Shown here: positions 26,888 through 34,466 of the stretch, in pieces | How the letters are laid out: each line of letters begins with the position of its first letter | Position numbering within the stretch: the first letter of the stretch is position 1 | Origin: a virus | Taxonomy: Duplodnaviria > Caudoviricetes | DNA length: 36,181 bases | IMG/VR virus record: IMGVR_UViG_3300010376_000085 | Location: 1 to 36,181 of that record | Strand: one strand, 5' to 3' | Position numbers and translations under genes: made by a program | Notes under the pieces: model-generated | Databases searched by the model: none | The model's input: only the letters and a program-made list of their open reading frames with translations | Told to the model about the DNA's origin: nothing

Positions 26888-27271
26888 CTAACCCTTCTCG
26901 CCAATCCAGGAAATAACGATTGGTCTACCGTCATCATCAGCACCAAGTGCAACTCTTTCGCCAAATTTCTTGGGTTTGAGCTTACTTGCTAGCCATTTTC
27001 GCGCGTCAATTCTGATGGTGCGGCTCTTAGGATCAATCGACTCGTCATCCGCAATCGCTTGAATATCCTCAGCCATTGCTTCGGCACGCTCGCTTGTCGC
27101 GCGCGCGTATTGTTCGACGAAGGCTTCATGCCGATACAGCCACTTCCACACCGTCGTCATATTCGGCATTCCCTCCGGCTTGCAGACCGTCCTCAGCGAT
27201 TGTCCATCGCTGATCCGCTCCAAAACCTTGGCCGCTAATTCTTCCGAATAAATTTCTGGCCTTCCGGTCAT
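26888..27271 (-). CDS. terS: Terminase small subunit (Sf6 gp1-like)
   Basis: GRPEIYSEEL..ISDGQSLRTVC..MP..TVWKWL..QYARA..RIDARKWLASKLKPKKFG. Confidence 0.93.
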   Translation of the reverse strand: MTGRPEIYSEELAAKVLERISDGQSLRTVCKPEGMPNMTTVWKWLYRHEAFVEQYARATSERAEAMAEDIQAIADDESIDPKSRTIRIDARKWLASKLKPKKFGERVALGADDDGRPIVISWIGEKG

Positions 27272-27312
27272 AAAAGCCTCTTTTCTTTCATGTTCCTATT
27301 TGCTAGGAATAG

Positions 27313-27876
27313 TGGCAAGGCAATTTCGCCTTGGTATCACGCAACAGGAGTCTGACTTAATGCGCACCAAACTTAAAACAGCCAAACTTGGCGTCATCGA
27401 ATGTACAGCCCCCACCATGAAAGCGGCCAAGGCTAGCTTGGCAACGTCGCTGGAATGGCTGGCTAGCAATGAAGGCAATCTCAAAACCGAATGCCGCTTT
27501 GGCCTTGTCGGCATTCTCGCGCCAATCGCTTCTGGCTGGCTGTATCGCATTATCGATCAAGACCACATCAACCAATCCAAAGATGTTTCTTATTGCTGCA
27601 TGATGGGCCGCGTTGATTATCGTGACGCGCTTTCCGAAATGCGCAACGCCATGTGCCAACGCGCTTGGAACCAATCCGTTGACGATGACGCGCATATTGC
27701 AGCATCAAACTGCCTGGAAAGCACCAAGCGCGAATTGGCTAGCCTATTTCGTCACTATCGCGCCAACTATCCGCACCAGCATTCCGTTCCAGCCTAGTCG
27801 CGCGCTTTGCGCCTTGCAGCGCTTAATCGCGCTGCAATGGCAAGGCGCTTTGCCTTGGTATCACGCAACAGGAGTC
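27313..27876 (+). repeat. About 40-nt leader repeat: hairpin plus GGTATCACGCAACAGGAGTC (27313-27352 and 27838-27876)
   Basis: TGGCAAGGC-loop-GCCTTGGTATCACGCAACAGGAGTC with identical stem and different loop. Shorter copies at 28511-28525 and 29025-29034. Confidence 0.9.
27360..27797 (+). CDS. Hypothetical protein (array gene 1)
   Basis: ATG at 27360 after the repeat's AGGAG. 145 aa. Confidence 0.75.
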   Translation: MRTKLKTAKLGVIECTAPTMKAAKASLATSLEWLASNEGNLKTECRFGLVGILAPIASGWLYRIIDQDHINQSKDVSYCCMMGRVDYRDALSEMRNAMCQRAWNQSVDDDAHIAASNCLESTKRELASLFRHYRANYPHQHSVPA

Positions 27877-27881
27877 CTCAA

Positions 27882-28331
27882 ATGCTATTCCCTAAGATCA
27901 TTCTGCGCGATTTTTCCAAGCCTTTGCGCGAAAGGCATCCCCCGCATGTTGGCCCGTACCGTTGGGAACCTTCGACTCTGCCTAGCACTGGGCGCGGTTT
28001 CTATCTGCACAGCAACTATCTTGCCTGTGGCGATTCAACTTTCGATCTGCGCCTTGACTATGCGGTTTCCCACTGCCCAAGCTATTTCAGCTATCGCAAA
28101 CCCCGCGCTTTTACTGGTGCTGGCGATTCCGAATACACGCCGATTATCGCGCGCTTACCGCATGGGCATGGCTATCTAGCAGGCTGGACTATGGGCCATG
28201 GCATGCTAAGCGCCATCGACAGGGACATTTACCAGGACATAGCCGATGCTGCGCGCGCGGCCTATGACATGGCAGAGCGTAACGCGGAATCAGATCGCGA
28301 TTCCGAATTTCAAGAAGAATTTGAAGCCTAA
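27882..28331 (+). CDS. Hypothetical protein (array gene 2)
   Basis: ATG at 27882 after AGGAG. RLPHGHGYLAGWTMG..AARAAYDMAE. Confidence 0.8.
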   Translation: MLFPKIILRDFSKPLRERHPPHVGPYRWEPSTLPSTGRGFYLHSNYLACGDSTFDLRLDYAVSHCPSYFSYRKPRAFTGAGDSEYTPIIARLPHGHGYLAGWTMGHGMLSAIDRDIYQDIADAARAAYDMAERNAESDRDSEFQEEFEA

Positions 28332-28339
28332 CACGATCT

Positions 28340-28380
28340 GCGGCCTAGGGCGGGATGGTAGCCATCCCGCCCTAGGCCGC
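28340..28380. repeat. Perfect 19-bp inverted repeat
   Basis: GCGGCCTAGGGCGGGATGG-TAG-CCATCCCGCCCTAGGCCGC. Confidence 0.9.
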
Positions 28381-28529
28381 GCGCTTCGACCATCTGCCGG
28401 AATACGATAACGGAAATCTACTCCAGCACTTGAGCGGCTGTTGATCCGCCGCACATTGTGCGCTCTTTACACGCCCGTTCCTAAATGCTAGGAACGGGCG
28501 TTTTCTTTACCACGCAACAGGAGTCACTC

Positions 28530-28967
28530 GTGAATCTCTTTAAACAGGAATCCTATCACCCCAAGCGCAACGCCCAGCTAAACCTTATCGGGCGGACTCA
28601 CTATGTCGATGACAATACCTTGCGCTTTCATCATGCGCGCGTTCTGAGCGCGACTGCCACCGACAACGGTCTATTGTTCGCCTTGGTGGAATCCGTCGCG
28701 CTCGATTACGACAATACGAGGCGCGGCTATCGCTATGTCATCTTTGATTTGTTCGGCAAAGTCATATCGCGCTGCGATCTGGAATCCGCTTTCAAATCAC
28801 GCGCCACGGCGACTAAGGCCATGTGGCGAGAATTAAACGCGCTCGATGCCCACGCCATCACGCGCGCTGGGATCGAACAATCGCGCCGCAACCATGAATC
28901 CGAACTGGCGGACCTTTCCGCCATTGTGGATTCGCTTCCAGTGAAAGCTCCAGTAAAAGCGGCCTAA
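28530..28967 (+). CDS. Hypothetical protein (array gene 3)
   Basis: GTG at 28530 after AGGAG. RTHYVDDNTLRFHHARV; ends in AA. Confidence 0.8.
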   Translation: MNLFKQESYHPKRNAQLNLIGRTHYVDDNTLRFHHARVLSATATDNGLLFALVESVALDYDNTRRGYRYVIFDLFGKVISRCDLESAFKSRATATKAMWRELNALDAHAITRAGIEQSRRNHESELADLSAIVDSLPVKAPVKAA

Positions 28968-29048
28968 CGCGGCTTTAGGCGCGAGCGGGAAACCCTCGCG
29001 CCTATGGGCGCGGCTAGCGCGTCACACGCAACAGAAAGGTTCAATCTC

Positions 29049-29195
29049 ATGTTGACTATCGCGGGCGGGATCATTCTCGCCTTTATCATCGGCTGGGTCA
29101 TGCTCGCCATTGTTGGCGGCAGCTTCCAAGCTGGCCCCGGTTGCGGAATAACCGCGCTGATTGCCTGCGGTCTTTTCCTGCTCTGGATATTGTGA
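29049..29195 (+). CDS. Small two-TM membrane protein (array gene 4)
   Basis: Follows CACGCAACAGAAAGG. 48 aa with two hydrophobic stretches. Confidence 0.65.
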   Translation: MLTIAGGIILAFIIGWVMLAIVGGSFQAGPGCGITALIACGLFLLWIL

Positions 29196-29203
29196 GGCAC
29201 ACA

Positions 29204-29404
29204 ATGAACAAACTCAAAATTTGCTCTTACACCTGGGCGGGGATCATTCGCTTCTACGTCGCGCAACTACCTGGCGATGGTGGCAAAGACTGGGGTTATA
29301 CCGAAAATCGCGACCATGCTCTTAAGCTCTCGCCTTACTGGCAACGCCGCTTTAACGCGGATTGCCGCCGGATCGGTCAAGTCGCAAGAATTGAAACGCC
29401 ATGA
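29204..29404 (+). CDS. Small hypothetical protein (66 aa)
   Basis: SD GAGG. ATGA overlap with the next gene. Confidence 0.65.
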   Translation: MNKLKICSYTWAGIIRFYVAQLPGDGGKDWGYTENRDHALKLSPYWQRRFNADCRRIGQVARIETP

Positions 29405-29691
29405 AACCGGATATTCAAACCCTAAGCGACTTCGGCATCGTGCTCTACGGCCAACAATGGCAAACCCCGCTTGCCAACGCGCTGGGCATTTCCGATAGGC
29501 AAATGCGCAATTGGGTAGCAGGGGCGCAATCGATCAATCCTCGCATTTGGCGCAAGCTGCCGGAGATAGCAGCGGCACACGCGGCAGAGTATCGCCAAAA
29601 AGCCCGATTGGTTGAAAATTTCGGCACGCGCTATGCCAAAGAAATGGCCAAGCCGTATTTCCAAAAATGCCTGGAGAGCGCGCAGAGCTAG
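29401..29691 (+). CDS. HTH DNA-binding protein
   Basis: LYGQQWQTPLANALGISDRQMRNWVAG helix-turn-helix. Confidence 0.8.
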   Translation: MKPDIQTLSDFGIVLYGQQWQTPLANALGISDRQMRNWVAGAQSINPRIWRKLPEIAAAHAAEYRQKARLVENFGTRYAKEMAKPYFQKCLESAQS

Positions 29692-29736
29692 CGCATAGCA
29701 ACTTTTATAACCACGTTTGCAAGGGCCGCGCAATAT

Positions 29737-30294
29737 CTAGCGCGGCCCTTTTCTTTTCAGCCGCTTGCTGGATCGCTCGATAGCATCAGCCAGCGCGTCC
29801 AAACTTTCGCACAATCTAGCCGATACTCGCGTATCACGCGGCAGTCTCGCCCGGACAATCGCTTCGGCTGGCGTGTAGCCAAACCAGCACACCGACCGCG
29901 CGATAATCTTATCCCGTTCTCCCAACCTCATCTCAATTGCCACCAAATGGCGTACCGCGTTCGCCTGCGCCTCTCCATAAGGCATCCGGTGTACCGTACC
30001 CGTACAATCAAACGCCTCTGTACTGTCACGGCTAGGGCTCTGAGAGGCATCATAAAGTTGCGCATAAAAGTTCCCAGCATCGAGTCTGGCGAGCGCGGTA
30101 TGGCTGTCCCGCGCGCCCAGCCGTTCCGCTTGGAATGCAACTTCAAGCTGCGAGCGCTTGCGCCATGCCAGCGGCGCACCAGCGACCTTGGAAGTCGCGC
30201 GATCCTGCGCATGCAGCGGCGTGACAATCGCTGGGCCCTGTATCTCATCGTCGCTTGTTGGCGTTTGCGTGCTGTTACCGGCGCTAATAGTCAT
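29737..30294 (-). CDS. Putative late regulator (Q-position, DUF6456-like)
   Basis: Last gene of the cro operon before the packaging genes. C-terminal LG..DKIIARSVC..RLCESLDALA. Confidence 0.6.
   Translation of the reverse strand: MTISAGNSTQTPTSDDEIQGPAIVTPLHAQDRATSKVAGAPLAWRKRSQLEVAFQAERLGARDSHTALARLDAGNFYAQLYDASQSPSRDSTEAFDCTGTVHRMPYGEAQANAVRHLVAIEMRLGERDKIIARSVCWFGYTPAEAIVRARLPRDTRVSARLCESLDALADAIERSSKRLKRKGPR
29980..30008 (+). promoter_or_regulatory. Intragenic operator plus putative antisense promoter
   Basis: TGTACCGTACCCGTACA (29990-30006) and AGGCAT-N17-TACAAT. Confidence 0.45.
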
Positions 30295-31120
30295 CTGGAT
30301 TTTTCCCCTCGACCAAACCGGCCTTGACGCGCACCAGCCACACATCGTAGCGCGCGCGCCGCTCCAAATCGTCATTGTCGAAATTCAGATCGTCCACTCG
30401 CCAATGCGGTTTCCACCAGCGCTTAGGCTGAAACTCCCAGCCGATTGGCCGTGTCTCTGGCACTGCACCAAAGCGCCCATGGCCTCGCGTTGCGCCCAAT
30501 CCGGCATCGCTCTCGCTTGCGCTCGCGCGATGCGCTGGCACAGACTCAGAAAAAAAAGAAAATCCTTTTCTAGGATTTTCTTTTTTTTCTGAGTCTGGAT
30601 ATGGATTATGGAAGGCATTCCCATGCGGGGGCATTGCGTTGGCATCGCCCATGCCATTGGATTTATTCGCTTTGGCTTGCTCGAAGTCATGCACGTTTCC
30701 AGACTCGTCGAAGCGTTTAATGGTTGCTTTTTTTGCATCCTGTGAAGTTCCATGCGTTGGCATTGCCGTGGCATCATCTAAGCCATTGCTTTTGCTCCAT
30801 CTGGCCTGGGCGTTGTCGCGCTGATGTTGTCGAAATCGCTCGGATTTGGCGCGAGTTTCCTGCAAGCGCTTTTGTATCCACAGCCCGTTATCCACAGAGT
30901 GCAGTGCAGCCAATGGTTCCCGGTAATATCTGCGCCATGTGCGCAGATCGCAGCGCGTCACCTTGCAGAGAAATTTGTCATCGTCGGGCAGATCGCAGTC
31001 CGGCCTGCGCCATGCCGTAAACAGCAACCGCACATAAGCGCCAAGCTGGGCCGAACCCAAATGCTCGGTGTCAGCCAGAAAGGCGTCGGTCCAGATCGGC
31101 AGCATGGGGAATTTAGCCAT
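30284..31120 (-). CDS. DUF1376/YdaU-family replication initiator
   Basis: PMLPIWTDAFLADTEHL..GAYVRLL..W..LPDDD..QKRL. Confidence 0.85.
   Translation of the reverse strand: MAKFPMLPIWTDAFLADTEHLGSAQLGAYVRLLFTAWRRPDCDLPDDDKFLCKVTRCDLRTWRRYYREPLAALHSVDNGLWIQKRLQETRAKSERFRQHQRDNAQARWSKSNGLDDATAMPTHGTSQDAKKATIKRFDESGNVHDFEQAKANKSNGMGDANAMPPHGNAFHNPYPDSEKKENPRKGFSFFSESVPAHRASASESDAGLGATRGHGRFGAVPETRPIGWEFQPKRWWKPHWRVDDLNFDNDDLERRARYDVWLVRVKAGLVEGKNPDDY
30541..30793. other. Putative replication origin inside the initiator gene
   Basis: Perfect 26-bp A/T-tract inverted repeat (30541-30597), and two roughly 44-bp units (30621, 30750) containing GGCAT at 11-bp period. Confidence 0.6.
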
Positions 31121-31493
31121 CCCAATCATCCCAGCTATTCGCGCGCTTGGCGGCCTTAAACAAAGCCCCGCGCTGCTTGGGCGAAAGACTGCCCGTCCGC
31201 TCCCACTGCTCTTGCAGGCTTTCGATAAAGGAGCGAAACCCGCCTTCCCGGCAACTGCACAGCACGGTATCGAAGGCGCTGTTAATTTCGTCGCTCACGG
31301 TCGGGGCCGGGCGCTTGGCGGCGTCGGCGTTCTCAATCGCGTTAAAAATTTCGATCCAATGGACCTTGGCCCGCGTCAAGATCGCGTTGGCCATGCGCAT
31401 GGCGTTAAGGGCTTCGCCGTCCAGATCGGATGCCGTCATGGCCAAGAGTTTGCGCAGCCTGAGCAGATCGCCGGGACCTAATTTTTCTAGCAT
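31113..31493 (-). CDS. Hypothetical protein (DUF2786-like N-terminus)
   Basis: LRKLLAMTASDLDGEALNA..ANAIL and SLSPKQ. Overlaps neighbours. Confidence 0.7.
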   Translation of the reverse strand: MLEKLGPGDLLRLRKLLAMTASDLDGEALNAMRMANAILTRAKVHWIEIFNAIENADAAKRPAPTVSDEINSAFDTVLCSCREGGFRSFIESLQEQWERTGSLSPKQRGALFKAAKRANSWDDWDG

Positions 31494-31882
31494 GGCTCCA
31501 GCCTTTGCTGCTGGTAGCCACGCTCGACGCCGCTCTGTTCCAACACCGCATACACGGTCGCGGGATGAAGGTAATAAATCTTGGCCAATGTGCGCACACT
31601 CACCCCAGCCCGATATGCGCCGCAGATCGCGCGATTGCGCCGGTTAAGCCGATAGACCGGCATACCCTGGCTGGACCAATGCGGCCTTGAGCGCACTTCT
31701 GGGGGACGGGTCGGAGGCTTGACGCCAACTTGGGCGACAAGCTGGGCGATAGCTTCGGCGTCCCGGCCCGTCAGCTTGGCCAAATTGGCGATGCTCGCGC
31801 CTTCCGCGAAGCAGTCAAGCAGCGCTTGAGTGCGAACAATCTGCTGCTCTAGCTCATGCTGTTTTGGCTCATCAATAACCAT
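31487..31882 (-). CDS. HTH protein (Mor-like C-terminus)
   Basis: RNRAICGAYRAGVSVRTLAKIYYLHPATVYAVL. Confidence 0.7.
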   Translation of the reverse strand: MVIDEPKQHELEQQIVRTQALLDCFAEGASIANLAKLTGRDAEAIAQLVAQVGVKPPTRPPEVRSRPHWSSQGMPVYRLNRRNRAICGAYRAGVSVRTLAKIYYLHPATVYAVLEQSGVERGYQQQRLEPC

Positions 31883-32072
31883 CGCTGCCCACGCCCACGC
31901 TGGTTAACTTGGCAATCATCCTGTCGATCACCTTGATCTGCGCGCTAATCCCCATGGCCTTCTTGGTATAGCCGATATCAATGCAGCGCTTGCGCTTGGC
32001 GACCAGATCGCGCCGCTGTTGAAGCCATTGCTGGCGAATGTGATTCTGATTGTTGTAAAGATTGTCAGCCAT
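31872..32072 (-). CDS. Small hypothetical protein (66 aa)
   Basis: SD GGAGGA. Overlaps both neighbours. Confidence 0.55.
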   Translation of the reverse strand: MADNLYNNQNHIRQQWLQQRRDLVAKRKRCIDIGYTKKAMGISAQIKVIDRMIAKLTSVGVGSDGY

Positions 32073-32379
32073 CGGAATCATCCTCCAGGCTGGCGTCGAT
32101 CCCGCCATCGCGCAAAGCACTATCGATCATTGCCTGAAACAGCGCGCGCGCCGTATCGCCATCGGTTTGATCTGGGGGAAAGACAAATCTGAGCGCTGCC
32201 GATAGCATCATGTCGCTAGGCTCGCGCAAAGTGAAGATCGCAACCCGCGCCGCTCTGCGCGTGCGCATCACATCGAATGCCGCATCCGGCATGTCGTGCC
32301 ACGGCATCAGATGATCGCCCGGCGCACTATCCCACATCGCGCGCGCCACGCGCTCGACCATTTCAGGAGTCTTGGGCAT
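32065..32379 (-). CDS. Hypothetical phage protein
   Basis: EMVERVARAM..ARVAI..LREPSDMM..FQAMIDSAL, a motif common in alphaproteobacterial phages. Confidence 0.7.
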   Translation of the reverse strand: MPKTPEMVERVARAMWDSAPGDHLMPWHDMPDAAFDVMRTRRAARVAIFTLREPSDMMLSAALRFVFPPDQTDGDTARALFQAMIDSALRDGGIDASLEDDSDG

Positions 32380-32653
32380 CGGAGCCGCCTTTCCGCCCCG
32401 CGCGGGCTAGCTGGTAATGGATCAAGCAGTAAGGACTGCCAAAAATCTTCGCTCTGCCGCACAACGCCATCGTCGAACTAGGCCCGCCGTAAGGCCAGCG
32501 GCATTCCCACGGCCCGCAATCGCCAATGGTGGCAATGCCGCCATTGATGCGAGGATGCGGCGTAACCCCGCCTTCGCATTCAAACTTGGTGCGCGCTGGT
32601 GCCAGACCGCGACCGGATAATTTCATAGAAAATTTCCGCCCCTTTTTCTTCAT
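32363..32653 (-). CDS. gcrA: GcrA-family protein, C-terminal domain only
   Basis: ECRWPYGGP..LCG..GSPYCLIHYQLA matches the GcrA C-terminal signature. ATGA-coupled start at 32653. Confidence 0.75.
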   Translation of the reverse strand: MKKKGRKFSMKLSGRGLAPARTKFECEGGVTPHPRINGGIATIGDCGPWECRWPYGGPSSTMALCGRAKIFGSPYCLIHYQLARAGRKGGSDAQDS

Positions 32654-33096
32654 CGCGGCCCCAATTCTTCCAGCGTCACCACGACGCAATTTTGGGACGC
32701 ATATTGTTTGATGTGGCGGCCATCAGCGATCTGGGCATCGTCGCCATAAACCAGATTGTTCAAAGCATCCGCGACCAGCTTGAGCGTATTGTCGAAGTCC
32801 GGTTTTGTGGTAATCCATACCGCAGCCGCTTGCTTTTTCGCGCTCCAGCTTGCCGGGCGCGTGCGGAAAGTTTCCACAGTTAGGCGCAACGGGCCTTGCA
32901 ATTGGACGCAATGCTGATCGCGCATCGCAACCCAAGCGATCTGGCGAATTATTCCCTGATCGCTGCGCAGTTTGTCGGAATTAAAAACCCTAAGACCGTT
33001 TCGAGTATCGACGCGCGTGCGCTGCCATGCCCCCAAGCGGCCCGGAATAGTGAAAGTCAGCCGCTTGGGCTGAATCTGCGCGCTCGCTTCTGTCAT
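32650..33096 (-). CDS. rusA: RusA-family Holliday junction resolvase
   Basis: TKPDFDNTLKLVADALNNLVYGDDAQI. Confidence 0.9.
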   Translation of the reverse strand: MTEASAQIQPKRLTFTIPGRLGAWQRTRVDTRNGLRVFNSDKLRSDQGIIRQIAWVAMRDQHCVQLQGPLRLTVETFRTRPASWSAKKQAAAVWITTKPDFDNTLKLVADALNNLVYGDDAQIADGRHIKQYASQNCVVVTLEELGPR

Positions 33097-33165
33097 ATAA
33101 CGCGACTTGCTTTAGTTAATTGCGTGCATCTAGTGTTCACTGGCTGGCCAGAAGGACCGCGCCCC

Positions 33166-33462
33166 ATGAGCCGCATCAGTGCCGCGCCGGAACTCGACGC
33201 CAATTTGCCGCCCCTTACCGCTGTTACCGTGATTTTGGCGACGATGCTGGAAGCCATGCGCGACCAAAACGGCATGGTCGAATGCGCCCAGAACGGCATC
33301 GGCAAAATGCGCCGCATCTTGGGGCCCGTCGCTAGCGCGGAACTCGATGATTTGACGGAGGGTGAAAAGGTCCGCGACCAATCGCGGCTGTTCATGGCCA
33401 ATCTTTGCCGTGTCTGTACGTTTCCAGACTGTCCGATGAAATCCTGGCCCATCAGCAACTAA
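33166..33462 (+). CDS. Hypothetical protein oriented against the cro operon
   Basis: SD AAGGA, GC3-rich codons, C-terminal CRVC..DC, and upstream TTGCTT-N18-TAGTGT. Confidence 0.5.
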   Translation: MSRISAAPELDANLPPLTAVTVILATMLEAMRDQNGMVECAQNGIGKMRRILGPVASAELDDLTEGEKVRDQSRLFMANLCRVCTFPDCPMKSWPISN

Positions 33463-33668
33463 CCCCTGCGTTTGGCTGCTTGTCCTGGCTCCATGAAGTG
33501 CCACCAATCGATGCGGGTTAATTTTTCCAGGCGTAACGCGGTCTTGTAGCTCGCCCCAGTGATACCCCGCCTGATCCGGCTGATTTGTGGACGGGAACGC
33601 TTCACGGCATTAGCCACTTCGCCATCTAGTTTGCCGTTTTTCGTCATCCATTGTTGCAGCGCAGTCAT
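33459..33668 (-). CDS. cro: Cro-like HTH repressor
   Basis: LDGEVANAVKRSRPQISRIRRG..TALRLEKLT. ATG 6 nt after -10 TACAGT (leaderless); divergent from cI. Confidence 0.85.
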   Translation of the reverse strand: MTALQQWMTKNGKLDGEVANAVKRSRPQISRIRRGITGASYKTALRLEKLTRIDWWHFMEPGQAAKRRG

Positions 33669-33674
33669 CCGGCA

Positions 33675-33704
33675 ACTGTACGCCTGCCGTACATCCGCAG
33701 CCAA
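33675..33704 (-). promoter_or_regulatory. Lytic promoter TTGGCT-N18-TACAGT with operator at 33677-33693
   Basis: TGTACGCCTGCCGTACA. Confidence 0.75.
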
Positions 33705-33768
33705 TGGAAAAAATACTTAGTGCATGATATGTACGCCAACTAGGGATAGGTTTTCTGGGGTGTGAGGA

Positions 33769-34158
33769 ATGACAAAGGCTGAAAACGGCACGCACGAAAA
33801 TGGCGTGCATCGGACCCGCACAAAAGCCGCCGAAGGGCACAACATCCGCAACTGGCGAATTTATAAAGGGTATGCCACGCATGAAGCGCTCGCGCTGGCC
33901 ACGGTCAAATACGATCCCAAGGGCTTAGGCATCGCCCGCAATGTGATCGGCAGGCTGGAAAGCGGCGACTATGCCTATCACCAGCGCCATATCGATATCC
34001 TGGCCAAGACGCTGGGCGTCGCGCCGCGCGATCTGATCGGCACGGACCCGTTTAATTCGGGCGATATCTTCACAGTGTACGCGCTGGCCAATTTGCGCCA
34101 ACGCAAAGAAGCCACAGAGATTTTCCTAAAAGCCATGCATGCCGCCAAGCGACGCTGA
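33769..34158 (+). CDS. CI-like XRE repressor without an S24 peptidase domain
   Basis: NIRNWRIYKG..IGRLESG..ILAKTLGVAPRDLI. 129 aa, SD GAGGA, flanked by operators. Confidence 0.8.
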   Translation: MTKAENGTHENGVHRTRTKAAEGHNIRNWRIYKGYATHEALALATVKYDPKGLGIARNVIGRLESGDYAYHQRHIDILAKTLGVAPRDLIGTDPFNSGDIFTVYALANLRQRKEATEIFLKAMHAAKRR

Positions 34159-34175
34159 TTTCCCGTACTGATTGG

Positions 34176-34204
34176 TTTCCAGAAGTGTACCGCTGGCGTA
34201 CAAA
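34176..34204 (+). promoter_or_regulatory. Early promoter TTTCCA-N17-TACAAA with operator at 34186-34202
   Basis: TGTACCGCTGGCGTACA. Confidence 0.75.
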
Positions 34205-34253
34205 GGCGCGGTTAATCGTTAGCCGTTCCTAATTGTCGCTAGTAGGTGCGCTT

Positions 34254-34466
34254 ATGAGTAAATCGACGGATATGGGCGAAATGCTCACGATCCGCGAAGT
34301 CTGCCGCTTCTTTGGTGGCGACGGAACGCCGCTGCACAAAAGCACCATCTATCACTGGATCGCGAACGGCAAGCTGGCCCCGCCTGTGCGCATGGGTGTG
34401 CGGCTGCGGCGCTGGCGGCGCGCGGATTGTCAGAAGCTACTAGACCAGATGGCAGGCAAGCCATGA
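34254..34466 (+). CDS. AlpA-family excisionase / recombination directionality factor
   Basis: LTIREVC..KSTIYHWIANGKLAPPVRMG..RRW. Confidence 0.85.
   Translation: MSKSTDMGEMLTIREVCRFFGGDGTPLHKSTIYHWIANGKLAPPVRMGVRLRRWRRADCQKLLDQMAGKP

Noticed and set aside
28326-29020. Integron attC sites: GCCTAAC fits RYYYAAC at two stop codons, followed by hairpins
   Set aside because: No matching GTTRRRY core closes the hairpins, and the integrase is P4-type rather than IntI. Ala-stop endings explain GCCTAA.
27313-29034. CRISPR array
   Set aside because: The repeats are 500-650 bp apart, separated by genes, and there are no cas genes.
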